A stretch of 64,000 nt of DNA from Azolla caroliniana (lineage: Eukaryota > Plantae > Polypodiophyta), in contig JBHGNT010000001.1 in the NCBI GenBank assembly GCA_043228905.1, forward strand, positions 23,746,001-23,810,000, written 5' to 3'. The notes under the pieces were generated by a model that had not been told where the DNA came from, did no database searches, and saw only the letters and a program-made list of their open reading frames with translations. The position numbers and the translations under genes are program-made. Within the stretch, counting starts at the first letter, position 1. The number at the start of each line of letters is the position of its first letter. Below, piece after piece: positions 38,101 to 50,999 of the stretch.

Positions 38101-41100
38101 ACTGCAAAAATTTGGGTTTTCCGAGATTTTACTTAGTTCAGTTTACAAATATGAAACCTTCCTTCTTCCATGGAGTAGTGACAGTGGTCTTCTATGGCTC
38201 ATTTACATTTGACCCACAAAATTATGAATATAGCATGCATGATTATCATGTTTAGATCTGTCAGCAGAAACAAAGCATACTGCTGCCTAATAAATCGTGT
38301 ATGCTTTCTCTTGTCTTGTAAAATGACAACTGCCCACACATGTATACATGATGGTTACATGGATATATGACACTCACGTCTTCTTTTAAATCATAACATA
38401 GGTTAATGCTCCTTCATTTTGTTTACAGGATCTTGTGAATCTGAACTTTCTGCAAGAAAAAAAGGAAGCAGATTTCAGGTTTGGATTGGTGCGGATAAGA
38501 GAGAATGCTGAATCAATTGCTTTCTACCAGGGTGAAAAAAATGAAATACAACTCCTTCTTGATAGATTCAAGCGATCGTTTGAAAACTTTAGTGTAAGTT
38601 AATGTCTTGATTCGCTTACTGTTTTTTAATGGAATAGATTCTATGGTACCTATAGATTCCCTTGGCATGGTCCTTGATCGTACAGCCATGGTCCTTGATT
38701 TCGTGTATGTATTGCAACTAAAACTTGACTGTTTTGAGCTGGCACTATATACTGAGTATGTATTGCAGACTAAAATTTGACCGTTTTGAGTTGGCACTAT
38801 ATACTTTGTAAATTATTCTTTTTTGCAGGAATTGCTTATTGCGTCAAGGAACTTGGAGTTTTTCACAAATGGCTATCGTTATGTCATACAAGTTTTGCCT
38901 GCTGCTGTGGTTGCACCCATGTATTTCTCTGGCAAAATAGAGTTCGGTGTCATTAACCAATCTTACTCTGCTTTCAACCATATCTTGTCTGATTTTTCAA
39001 TCATTATTTACCAATTTCAAGCATTGAGTGCCTTCTCGGCTGTTATTGATCGGTTGGGTAGGTTCATAATCTTCTTGAAAATTTCCATAAATTCAAAGGA
39101 CTTAAGTTTCTATGCTAATTTCCTGGGTTTGAATTAATGCTTCACAAAACTCATATGAAAGCATCTAGAGCAGAAGTGTGTTGCCTTTTTCCACTCCAGA
39201 AGGATGAGTTATGCTGTTTGAACTCTAATATTAATTGATTGCGGGCCATCACTTTTTTGTCAAATGCCAAAGTTTGACTCTATTGCCAGTGTAATATAGG
39301 GTGAGAAATTCACTTAAGTTATATCTAAAAAGTATTTTATATTTGTGGCTTACAGGAGAATTTAATGATCTTCTAGACAAGCAAACTTATGAACGTGACA
39401 CAGAAGGCAAGGAAGAAACAACAATTAGTATTGTTGACATCCAAGCTCCTTCAGTGTCATTCAGCTCCTCCAACGCTGTCTTGCTTGAGATAGAAAGTCT
39501 TACTTTACAAACTCCTCAGTATACAATGACTCTTATAGAAGAGTTAACATTGATGATTTCTAAAGGACAAAACCTTTTGGTATGTGCTGAAGTATGACGT
39601 TTGTAAATTTGTTATTGAGCTTTGGATTGTTCTGAATATCATATGGTGCTTATCAGGTTATGGGTGCAAGTGGAAGTGGGAAGACTTCTTTGCTTAGGGC
39701 TATTGCTGGACTATGGACTTCTGGAAGTGGCACAATAAGACGATACACCCTCCCAATATGTACGGAGAATAATGGATCCATTAGTGAAGTTGGGAAAGAT
39801 GTTGGCAATGAAGGCGAAGAATTTGGTTCAGAGAGTGATAATGATGGATGGAGTGCAAATGCTACTGGAAGAGGGAGCATTTTTTTCCTTCCTCAGAAGC
39901 CTTATATGGTCCTTGGTACGTTACGCCAGCAGCTGTTGTATCCGACATGGAATGACCCCAGAACAATACAAAAACCATCTGATGAGAAAGGTATTATTCT
40001 TCAACTCCAACTTATGTTTTATCTGCATCATAACTTGTCCACTCTCTTCTTTATTTTATCCCACTAGAGTAATTAGATATGCATAATTATTTGTTTCTCC
40101 ATATTTTCTTTACATTTTTGCAATGTTTCATAGACATTGAAGGTCATATTAATTCTTTTTTATCATCGCCCAATCATTTCCATATGGTAATTTGTTTGGG
40201 GGGTTTTCATGCTACTAGAAAAAATGAAAAGACTGAAATCCATGTATTTTATATTCCCTGGAGTCTGTTCAATTCATGCCTGATGACGAATGTGTGAAAT
40301 TGGTTAATGATTAAGAAATAATCTTCATTGGGGAGGGATTTGTTTATACTTCTGAATCTCCAGATTATTCCATCATGTTTCATAATCAAAGAGTTTTTTT
40401 GGCTTGTTACGATCTCCAGCAGCTTAAAATTTCCATGTTGTTTAATGTTAATAGACACATGTTTGTTGCTTATATCAAATTATGATGCATTACATTTGAA
40501 ATAGCTGCGCTTTTATTTAATTTTTTCCTCACATTCATATTGATTATCTTCACCCTTTTTTTTTAGGTAAGCAGATGATTTGTTATAGTCTATAGATGTG
40601 TAATTGTTGTAAAAGACAATATTCAATAGAGATGCGTAGTGTTGATAATGATTTAGATGAAGAGGATATGCCACCTTATCTTGTAAATGATTTGGGTTAA
40701 GATTATTGATGATAATAGTACAATGGGATATATATGTCTAGATAAACATTTTTGTCTGAAATCATGTAGCAGCCATTCACTGACATATTACAACATCGGT
40801 TTGGTGATATGTTCAGGATTCTGGACCCTACCTCAAAGATTGGATCAGACAACTTCTCAGAAAATACCGTCAGATGAGCAACTCATACAAGCCCTTAAAG
40901 CTGTTAACTTGGGGAATGTGTTGGATCGTTGCGAACTAGATTCAGAAGTTGAGTGGGCCAGTGTACTATCTCTGGGTGAACAGCAAAGACTTGCTTTTGC
41001 TCGGCTTCTACTAGCACAGCCAATCCTAGCTCTTATGGATGAATCCACCAGTGCATTGGATGAAGAAAATGAGGTATATTTTCTTTTAGTATAAATTTGA

Positions 41101-41312
41101 AATTATATAAAATTGCGAATCATAATGAGATTCTGGAGCTTTGGTTATTACAGGCAGCGTTGTACAAGTTGGTCTATGGAGCTGGGATAACTTACATCAG
41201 TATTGGACATCGGAGTACTTTAACGAAATTCCATTCATTGAAATTGACACTCTTGAAATGTAATCAGGATAACAAAAGTGAAAACTGGGTTCTAAGTGAG
41301 CTCAACCAGTAA
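35106..41312 (+). CDS. ABCD2: ABC transporter D family member 2-like, chloroplastic half transporter, 10 exons, ~768 aa
   Basis: Exons 35106-35462, 36821-37007, 37135-37202, 37327-37653, 38429-38593, 38829-39057, 39356-39579, 39657-39990, 40817-41073 and 41154-41312 (2307 nt, all GT-AG, frame continuous). ABCD motifs IDNPDQRI and EADFRFGLVRIRENAESIAFY. Walker A GASGSGKT, Q-loop FLPQKPY, signature LSLGEQQR, Walker B MDESTSALD, H-loop SIGHR. Ser/Pro-rich transit-peptide-like N-terminus. Confidence 0.95.
36100..36670 (-). mobile_element. Possible LTR relic inside ABCD2 intron 1
   Basis: TGTCA|CTCCCCCTG at 36656-36669 looks like a minus-strand PPT/LTR junction. The left boundary is uncertain. 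Confidence 0.3.
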
Positions 41313-42772
41313 TGTTATAAAAACAAATTGTTGTATTATTGTAGAATATGATATTGGATGATATATTTGAGAGCTAGTTAATGCCATCCAATTTCTCACC
41401 TAACCTATATTAATTCTATTGTATTCGCCAGCATACAAACACCACCCCTCAAAGACACCGATGATATGTATTTATCTAGTTGAGGGAATATCAGATTCTT
41501 GTTAAAGTTACTTACAGAGAAATCCTGCATACAGTTTATACTAAGTTCTACAGCGTCAATACAGTTATATGACTGCATGATGTATTCTTTTAGTACGTAA
41601 ACATGAATGTGTTGTGTATGCCTTACAGATACATATATAGTGAGGCATGGAAGTTGGAAAACTCCCACCATGGTATTAATAGGTTGATATTTGTAGTTAT
41701 CATGAATGTACTCATAAGCTAAAGATGCAAAAGGATGTCTGCATGCCAAACAAAATTAATAGGAACTGCCACCCATGCAAAACCTACACTTCTCCGAGAA
41801 AGCTCTACACTGTCTATATATGTCGTAGTGATGCGAAAGGAATACCAAGATGGTTAAAAAAGGAACGTGATTCACCTTGAAACACTTCTATAGCAAATAC
41901 TTAATTCCTTGGCCAAGTAGTAAATTTTATATAAAGCATCTATCTCATGTGTCACATGGAATACTATTGTATGAAACTGTCTGGGTTTAGAGAGAAAGAA
42001 AAAGGAATGTGTGTATATAGCAGCCCAACCATGGTCATTGAAGTTTTGAACATTGTTGCATGATCATCACAAGGCCCAGTCTCTATGGATGCTAAAAAAT
42101 ATCTGATCTAATCCTTGGATTGATGTATTTCCCACATATATAACAGGAGTATAAAATCAAATTAGTCATATAAGAACTGTTCTCTTCCCACTTGTTTGAA
42201 AAATCCATTTGATACATGGTCAATTGGCAATAAGTAGTAAACTGAAAGAGATTTCCATTAACAGGTTGTGCTATCTCTGAAAATACGTGCATGCAAACTT
42301 TTGAACCACTGTGGCCAATGGAGTAGCAAATCCAAGTTCAAACCATACATGCATTCAGACAGGTTCAGCTAATTCCTCTGGCATTTCAATGTACAAATGT
42401 AATTACAGAACTATTTCAACAAAAATTTATCCAGACTGCACACAAAGTCGAAAGACAACCCATAAATTTCAGGGTTTGCAATTATGAACCCATAAAAAAT
42501 GAATTCATTCTGGAATCTTTAGAAGACATAAAATACAAGTAGAGGAAAGCATATCGATAGACAAGGCTCCTCTTGCAATCAAACACTAGATCAATTTAAT
42601 GCTTATGCATGGGGTACTTCCTCAGCTCGAAAAAACAAAAAATAATAATTCTGCAGCTGAATACTTTTGGCATAATGAACTGCTTCTCTGAGTGTTTAAC
42701 GAGAAACTTTTACAATATAAATTATTAAAGAACTTGATACTCCATAAGCAATGGTAAGAAATGCCGAGCCTG

Positions 42773-43873
42773 TTACGCTCGCGAAGTTGAACTATAAAAC
42801 TGTCTCAACATGTCACAATGAGGTGTTTTTATTGTAGGATTCCATTGTTTCCACCCCATCTCGCGCTGACAATTATGTTTGAGAACTTCTGCATAATCCC
42901 TTTCTACTTGATATTCAATGTTATGACGAGCTCGACTACCCAGAGGGTAATCGGTGTCAAACTCCCTAGACCTTACAAAGAATGTTATAGAATGATCTTT
43001 AGTCAAGTACTTAATGTCATATTGCGCTGTTTGCTCAAGGCTGTAAACAGGTTTAGAATAGGGGAAATAGCTCAGTAGAATCAGCAAAAGTACTGGTAGA
43101 AATTGTACTAAATTCAACAATCCTCCATGGACTTCACGGGTATGCACGCGTGCACCACCTTGATGTCCACCTGTCCTGAATGTCCTTACATAAGCTCCCC
43201 GTGGAAACCCATTTGTGGTTCCCGAGAAAAATGAGTTGAAAATCTCATCTGCATCAAACATATCCTCATTGACAAAACCAGTTCCTCGTCGCTGCCTATA
43301 TGCTTGTTGTCTTTGAGCTACTTCATGGATTTCCTCTGGACCATACTGATCATACTTTTGTCTAAGCTCAGTGTCACTAAGACAAGCAAATGCCTTTGAA
43401 ACTGCCTTGAATGCCTCTTCAGCCCCTGGAGCTTTATTCTTATCAGGGTGAACCTTCAAAGAAACCTTCCTATAAGACTTTCTGATTTCTTCCCCTGAGC
43501 AAGATTTCTCTAATCCAAGAACCTGATAATAGTCTTTCGTTCTCCTGATCCGCCGAACAATATCCATCTGCTCTGTGGTGTATTCTTGAGCACTTCTTTC
43601 ACCAGTACTACCATTTTCACTAGGTCTACTACCATCACTGGAGTTACTTGTTTCACGAGAATCCTTGTGAATGGGCTTCTCTTTTAAAGGAATCTCTGTA
43701 TCTTTCTCCCCTATATCTGCTGCTAAAGAGGAGACCAAGTTTTCAAGAGGTAAAGTGGGATCTAATCTTAATGCTTTTGATAAGAACTTGTGTGCACGGG
43801 CCTTATCTCCTTCCTGCAGAGCTTGGTTTCCAATGTCTATACATCTCTGAGCAGCATCTTTATTGCCGTCCAT
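42773..43873 (-). CDS. DnaJ/Hsp40 membrane co-chaperone with DUF1977 (DNAJB12/14-like; plant chaperone protein dnaJ 49-like), single coding exon, 366 aa
   Basis: N-terminus MDGNKDAAQRC, J-domain DYYQVLGL...KVHPDKNKAPGAEEAFK...YDQYG, G/F-rich linker, TM segment LVQFLPVLLLILLSY, and a C-terminal DUF1977-like region with C...C. Confidence 0.95.
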   Translation of the reverse strand: MDGNKDAAQRCIDIGNQALQEGDKARAHKFLSKALRLDPTLPLENLVSSLAADIGEKDTEIPLKEKPIHKDSRETSNSSDGSRPSENGSTGERSAQEYTTEQMDIVRRIRRTKDYYQVLGLEKSCSGEEIRKSYRKVSLKVHPDKNKAPGAEEAFKAVSKAFACLSDTELRQKYDQYGPEEIHEVAQRQQAYRQRRGTGFVNEDMFDADEIFNSFFSGTTNGFPRGAYVRTFRTGGHQGGARVHTREVHGGLLNLVQFLPVLLLILLSYFPYSKPVYSLEQTAQYDIKYLTKDHSITFFVRSREFDTDYPLGSRARHNIEYQVERDYAEVLKHNCQREMGWKQWNPTIKTPHCDMLRQFYSSTSRA

Positions 43874-43931
43874 GCTTCAACAATATGACAACAAGATTGA
43901 CACAAGGAGGTCAGGCCTTTCAAACCCTGTG

Positions 43932-46213
43932 CTGTAAAAAAGGAGGGAAGACATCACTAAGCTTGATTATTATGTAATATGCAAAACCAAATCCAGAGAT
44001 GAGAACATTAAAGAAATGAGAGAGAGAATAGAACAAATTTTTTTGTTGTCCACGAGGAGGCCAATTTTGACCAATGAGAGAGAGAGAGAGAATGAGAACA
44101 AAACACTGTTGGACACTGGAAAGATGAATAGAATAGTATGGAAAATGAAAGGATTGGGATTGCCAATGACCATTACATACAGAAAACCACCTCCAAAAAC
44201 AAATCCATAAAGAAATAACGTCATTAACATGGAGACAGAGAGAAAGATGAAGGGGTGCACAGATAAAGCAGTTAGATCAAACCAGAAAGCAGTTACAAAG
44301 ATGAAACTTGCTATGCTTATCAAACAAAAACCAAACCTACCAAAGAAAACACCATTAAAGCAGATAGAGAGAGGCACATACAGATCAATAGAAAAATCCT
44401 ACTTTGGAACACAGTAAATTCAAGACATGATGAAGTGATGGGATTTGTAATCGAAGGAAGGACAGATTTGCACATCTTACAATTATGGTTCTTTCCTTCT
44501 ATATTTTGAACATACAAATGTACTCTTCTCCTTTACCTTCTGGTTTTGCAATCAATCTACTAGCTTTGGTAGGCATCTCTTTCTGTTCCCAGTTTCTATA
44601 ATTTCCTTCAAATTTTGCTCCTAATTTGTTATATCCTCTACCCCTATTTCAGATATTGCAAATTCCTAATTTGTATAGTTTCTGGCAATAATTTCGGCAG
44701 ATTCCTACATTTTCTTCTTAATTGTGTAGTTTCTAGCATGGCTGCACTCCACAATTTTACCTCATATCTCAGCAACAATTGATACAAAATCCATGATTGA
44801 TGGCCAGTAATTACAATTCATATTACAACTATTAATGAATTGAGAAGATGCTGAACCGGAGGGAGAAGACCAGATGTCTAATATTGCAACTATTACATCC
44901 TGATATTGCAGCTCGCAATAAGATACAATTATTAGCGCCTAATATTACAGCTATTAGATTCTACTATTACAATACTAGATCCTAAACTTACAACTATTAG
45001 ATCCTAAAAAGGGAGTGGGGAAATCCACGTCTATCAAACAAGACTTGTGTCATAAAAATCTTGATGCTTAAAAAAAGCAATATCCCTAATTGATACATAA
45101 AGAAAATACCATTAAAACAGCAAGAAAATTGGTTTAAAGATGATGTTAAAGCCTTAAAAGAAAAAGGAATCAAGGCAAACAGGAAAATGATACAGGCAAT
45201 CAACAGGATTATGATGCACACACTTGAATATAATATTGAGATACAGAGAGGAGATACAAAAAAGCCACCAGAATCCCAGAAAAAACAGAAATTGGTACAA
45301 AGGGGGGATATTCAAAGAAGGATAGAGAGAAACAACAAATACTATTAATTATACAAGGGAAAGAAAAGTTACAAGGGAAAGCAAAACCCTGGAAAACCTA
45401 CTAAAAAGCTGACAGAAGGAAACCCAAGCAAAGAAATGACAAAATTTGATACAGATGAATTGAAAACCTAGAAGATACCAAAGTATAGTAAAACAACTCA
45501 AGAAAGCTAACAAAAATGAGCACAAACCTCTTGAAAATACCAGAACACAGTGAAACGATCAGGAAATCAAAAAAATGATGACTCCCAAGACCTACAAAAA
45601 TAAATAGAAAGCATATACAACAAATAGCAGGAAATTACAAAAAACCATCAAGGTCGGGCTGCGAGGGGAAGATATGGTGATCAAGACAATAACCTAAAAG
45701 ATAGAGGGACAGAAACAAATGTACAAGAAGGAAATCACAGAGATAAGACAGAAAAAAAACATAAACGCCATTAACAAAATCAGTTCAATCACCTAAAAAT
45801 CTCAAGAATCCAGGGGATCAATCAAAGTTCAGTCCAAAAGGGCAGGGAAAAAAGGAAAATTCAAGAGATGATAGAGCGACAAACAACAGAAAACACCATT
45901 GACAAAGATCTTCAAATACCATGGGAAAACTCCTAAGAGAACAGTATAGACAAAAAATCAGGTAAAATCAACCAAAGAACATACTAGAGAAATAATCAGA
46001 GCAGTACAAAAGGATGAATTAGAGTGATATTTGTTACAGGAACGAAGACGAAGATAAAAAAAGCACGTCATTGTCGTTGTTAATGGGGGGAGTAAAAGAA
46101 AAGGGAAGCCCTAGATCGATGAAATCGTGGAGGATCGTGACAGGTGATTCAAAAGACTTAAAAACTGAATAGAGGAATCAAAAAACTGACATAGATGAAA
46201 TAAAAACCGATAA

Positions 46214-46278
<65 letters not shown>

Positions 46279-46400
46279 TCTACCTAGAATTCTTTCTTTC
46301 CTTCTTTCATCTGAGTTTTGGGGTTTGGCAAAGACATAAAGACGCAGAGAGAGAGAGAGAGGGAGGGAGGGAGGGAGGGAGGGAGGGATAGAGAGCTTAC
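43932..46400 (-). other. Predicted 5'-UTR intron of the DnaJ gene
   Basis: Donor CAG|GTAAGC at 46400/46401 just downstream of a telo-box (46431-46438). Acceptor TTTTTTACAG| at 43932. The intervening sequence is T-rich on the sense strand. Confidence 0.65.
46214..46386. repeat. (TG)n, (GA)n and (GGGA)n microsatellites
   Basis: Read directly. Confidence 0.9.
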
Positions 46401-46519
46401 CTGGCTTCGTTCTTCCTTTCTTCTGAGTTCTAGGGTTTGACAGAGGCCCAGGGGAGGTATGATGAGGGGGGACTAAATGTTGTACATAGTTTTCTCTCTT
46501 TTTTAGTCATGTACACAGC

Positions 46520-46700
46520 AGGAGAAGGAGAGAGAGAGAGAGAGAGAGTATGTACATATGATGAACAACATAGCTTTGGGGGGATGGACACAAGGAGAGA
46601 GAAAGAGAGAGTACATATGATGAACAATATAGCTTTGGGGGGGTGGACACAAGGAGAGAGAGACAGAGAGAGAGAGAGGAGGAGAAGGCACATATGTACA
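46520..46700. repeat. ~59-bp tandem duplication with GA runs upstream of the DnaJ gene
   Basis: GTACATATGATGAACAA(C/T)ATAGCTTTGGGGGG..TGGACACAAGGAGAGAG at ~46552 and ~46611. Confidence 0.8.
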
Positions 46701-47999
46701 TCTTCTGGCCATGGATGGATGGACCCTCACTCGCATCTTCATGTCCGATCAGATCAATCGATCGAACATAATCCATCGGTTTGTCAGTCTGTCGATTGAT
46801 GGCCTCGTGATAGGAGAAGCGGTGGACACATTCATAACATGATGGTGGCCTCTTGTTAGAATGGGAGGGGATGGGATGGACTACTCTCATCTCTATTGTT
46901 GCCCCATCTCAATTGAATCTCATACATCCTTCTCCTCGTCCATGCGGATACACGTATTGCATATATATATGTTGTTATCTTGTATGGATGGATAAATAGA
47001 TGGACATTGACTAACACACGTGCATGTATCTTGTCTCAATTGTAACCCTTCGACACTCCTCACCACCCATCGCCTTGAGAAAATAATAACGTGTTCGAGC
47101 GCTTTGACTTACTTCTGTTGTCAATCTTGCCTTAAATTAGTCAACCCTCATTATCTCTCTCTCTCTCTCTCTCTCTCAATGTTCGAACATTTATGCGTTG
47201 ATCGAGAGTGGATTTGGAGAAAATAATTAATTCTTAGGGGCATTTTGGGGGAAATAAATAAAAACTCGAAAGTATTCCAAAGTCTTCCCCTCCGTTTGAT
47301 ATATCACACTCAAACCATGTATGCCCCCTGCTGTTATTTCAATTTTCTATTTTCATAAGGTGAACAATATTCACACAAGCAACCTCTTGAAGCCCTGCAT
47401 TGTTATGGATAATGGAAATCTTCTAATTTCATGAAGTCTATACACTATTTCAATGCCTTTACTCAATACATGGGCCTTGGATAACCTAAGACATCGCACA
47501 ACCCCAAGCTCTTCCATGACATCATATTGGAAAACCATGACTGCTAAAGTTTTTGCGTCCCAATTTATGAACAAAAAATAAGGGAATGGATTATACTTAG
47601 TCATGGTCAAAGAGGACCAACAACACAAAGATAAATAGATTTTATTATCGCATGATGTGGTCTTTAACGAGAGGAAGGCAAGCCCTTAATTAACCCACCA
47701 AGAGGAAGGCAACCCCTCAGGAGTCAATTGTGACCCTTGGAAGTGCAACACTTTGAGGTATGAGTTATGTTGATTCCGTCGGGAAAACTCAATTCATTGA
47801 AACTACTGTCATGGACATGAGGGCAAGCCTTGGTATAGGGTTAAGATAATGATAGTTTGAATATGTTATGTTTTATGAATATACGAAGAAGATAATAACG
47901 AGGAAGAGAGAGGATAACACCATCACCACCGCCACAAAGAGAGAATAACATAGGATTAGCATGAGCGATTAGAGAGAGTGTGTGTGTGTTTGGTTGTGT

Positions 48000-48050
<51 letters not shown>

Positions 48051-48289
48051 GTAGTAGGCACACCAAATTATTTACACTATTTCAAAATCTAAAATTTACT
48101 AAGTATATATGTGTATTAGAATAGAATCCTAGAATAATCACACGTTTGACTTCAATCTAATGCATCATCATGCGTAAACAAATTTTCTATGAAACTCGTT
48201 TAAAGAGGAACATAAGTAGAAATGTTTATATTTGTAGTGGTAACAACGCCTTCCCTCAGTCCACAAAAATAAGATTCTTTACTTCCAAC

Positions 48290-48920
48290 AAAGTATTAAG
48301 AATGTTACTTGAACATAAACCTTATAACCGTCCTATTGATCTTCAACTAAGGAAATAACAACCTATGGACTTAGTTTATTTTTTTCCATAAAAAATACCC
48401 TCCATTGGTATTAAACCTAAAGTGGCCAAAGGCAATCTACAAAACAGTTCACTATCACAAAGAATATTGCAACATATTTAACTAGAAAGCTATTGAACAC
48501 TCATGTAGCTTCAACAACCCAGCCACATTTAGCATCCACATGAAGAAAGGAATTACCACCAACAACACTGGGAAACCCCTCTTTTTACAAGCTAAATATG
48601 GATTTTTGGCCTTTATCACTAGAGTATATGCCACTGAAAACTTGAAATCCAAAGAAACTATTATCGCATCCGACCTATGGACTTAGTTATAATCTACCGC
48701 CATCAAAACTCAAGGATCTTCGAGGGTATATCAATGAGAACATGGGAAGTGGATTCATTCAACAATCCAAATATATTGTTAACAATAAATATCACTCACT
48801 TTGGTTGGTCGTGGACTATCAAGGTTGTCGCAATACAAAACAAATACGCATTGCCTCTAATTTCAACTTTTTTAGAGCTCTTTTGTGGAGCAATATACTT
48901 CACAAAGCTTTTTCTCTAAA
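48290..48920 (+). mobile_element. Decayed Ty3/gypsy (Tf2-like) RT fragments
   Basis: LLEHKPYNRPIDLQ (~48305) and VVDYQG...NKYALPLISTFLELFCGAIYFTKL (~48808-48910) match the RT N-terminal blocks. A copia-like SHDVVFNE occurs nearby at ~47648. Confidence 0.6.
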
Positions 48921-50851
48921 TTTTCTTCATTTTTTCTGTAACATAATGAAGACTTACCAACCAACTCAATAAGACATTAACAATATTTCTATCACTAACA
49001 TCAAGGACAATTGTATGTGAATGAGTGCTTAAAATGATGATCAAAGTGGGTTGGAAAGAGAGGGTTGAAAATAGATGGATAGATCAAACACAACAAGTGA
49101 TGGGGGGGTCACTACATGGATATAAGGACAAATAAGGAAATGAGTGGGTTATTTGAAAGGAAGTACAAAGTTGGGCAAGTAAACAACACCAGTCAACGAA
49201 GAGTCAGATGAGCCAGTGGACTAGAGTCAAAGACAAGTTGAGGAAGTAAGAAGACTATAGTCAAACATGAACATCATTATTGGGGATTATTATTGGTTCC
49301 CTCAAATGTCTCGTTGCTTTCCTCAAACATGGTCTTCAATATATGTTAATATTTCTTCCCTTATTGAGTTGCTTGTACCACCCTTGCCTCATTTGATTTG
49401 GCCAACCCAATTCCAACCATTCTAATCCTCCAAACATATTTCTCTTATTTGAATATGCCCATCCTCTCATCTACTCATCCACCCACCCTCTCCTCTAATT
49501 GTTCAATGGTCATCTTATCTACTCATTTAGTTTTGCCCATACTCATATTTGATTTTGTGGCCATCCCTCATCCTCTCATCCAATCTTCCAATGTTCATGA
49601 AACGATCGAGATACATATGTGGGTATACATGTAAAGGAGGCAATTTTTATTGATGAAACAAAAAAAGCTTTGGTTGCAACCATTAAATTTTTAACTTGGG
49701 AAAATCGTAGCTTTTGCCGACATGAGATGGTTTTGGGTTTGAACTAGTTCTGCATTTTTTTCAATTGTAGTTGGGGAGATTTTATTGTAGGCCACAAAGA
49801 TTTGTTAGATGTAGATTTGGGCAAACATGGTTTTACATGCAGGTTTATTAAGCATATCAAAATGTGTGGGCATGGCTGGAAGACTAAGAGAAGCAAGATG
49901 TTGACCTAGGCACAAATACAAGGTGTAAGAGAAACAAAATATATCTGACAAGGACAAGTTTTCCACATACTGAAGGAGAGGAGACACACAACATTATTGA
50001 GGCAACAATAAATTGATAGGTTGATAGATGCAATGAATTAGTTGTTAGTAAAACAAAATATTTGAGATAAGGCTAAGTTTTTTACATACATATCGAGGAG
50101 ATACCAAACCATAAACTAGTATGAATGAATGTTCTCATGTATGATTCCCCAACTCTCTCACACTCTTCCTCTCATCAATAAAGTAAGAGTTTCTTTTGGT
50201 TTACTTCCCAAGATAGGGAAAGGGATTGAAGCAACAATTAACACGAGGAGACCGAAGAGAAAGAAACAGTGAAAGTAAGGAGTAGGAGAAACATGTGCAT
50301 CAATCCCATCTCATCTCGACACTTTGCTGAAGACATTCAGTGCGGTTAAGAATGTTTGTTGAATCATCGTAGAGCCTTTTTTGCAAATGGTGCGTACAAC
50401 TTATCTTAAACCTCTCTAAATATGCCACCATTGTGTAGTAGAAAATCATCCGCACAAAGAGAAGACGAGAGGAGGGTTTGGTGAATGATTGATCGAAGCA
50501 GAGAAAGAGAGAGATATCGTCCGTCTGTCAGTTTGTCTGTCCCGGACTCGGGATTGGTCAATTGAGGACCGCAAATGAGCTTAACGAGAATTTGATTTTC
50601 TAAATATGTAAATAAATAAATAAGTAAAATAACCCAATTTAAAATACATAAATAGGTCAATAAAACGATAAATATGTATGTATGTAAATAAACAAATAAA
50701 TAGATATTTACAAACAAATATGTATGTATGTAAACAAATAAATAAAAAATAAGATATAGAAATAAATAAACAAACAAATAAAAGTAAATTTTCTGCATAT
50801 GTAATGTATGTACATACTAATACTACTGTATAATCGCGCTCTGCCATTTTC

Positions 50852-50921
50852 TAGGGTTTTCTGCACAGTGCAGACCCATCCCCGCCATTTGTCTGTGCTT
50901 TTCGTTCTCCTTCTAGGGTTT
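50852..50921 (+). promoter_or_regulatory. Two telo-boxes near the 5' end of the RRM gene
   Basis: TAGGGTTT at 50852-50859 and 50914-50921. An AT-rich low-complexity tract lies upstream at 50600-50800. Confidence 0.5.
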
Positions 50922-50999
50922 GGTCACCGGCACCCCCACCCCCCTGCTGCTCCTTCTGTTGTCACAGCTTCGTCTTCAGGGACAACATTTGAAGCTTCC

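Noticed and set aside
43970-47226. Phe/Leu-rich and ER/SL-repeat ORFs
   Set aside because: These are artefacts of T-rich intron sequence and GA/CT microsatellites.
50375-50442. U2 snRNA-like words GCCTTTT and GTGTAGTA
   Set aside because: The matches are only 7-8 nt, the spacing does not fit U2, and I saw no Sm site or USE-TATA promoter.
50406-50847. 130-aa and 88-aa hydrophobic minus-strand ORFs
   Set aside because: They are translations of (TATT)n/(ACAT)n low-complexity repeats.
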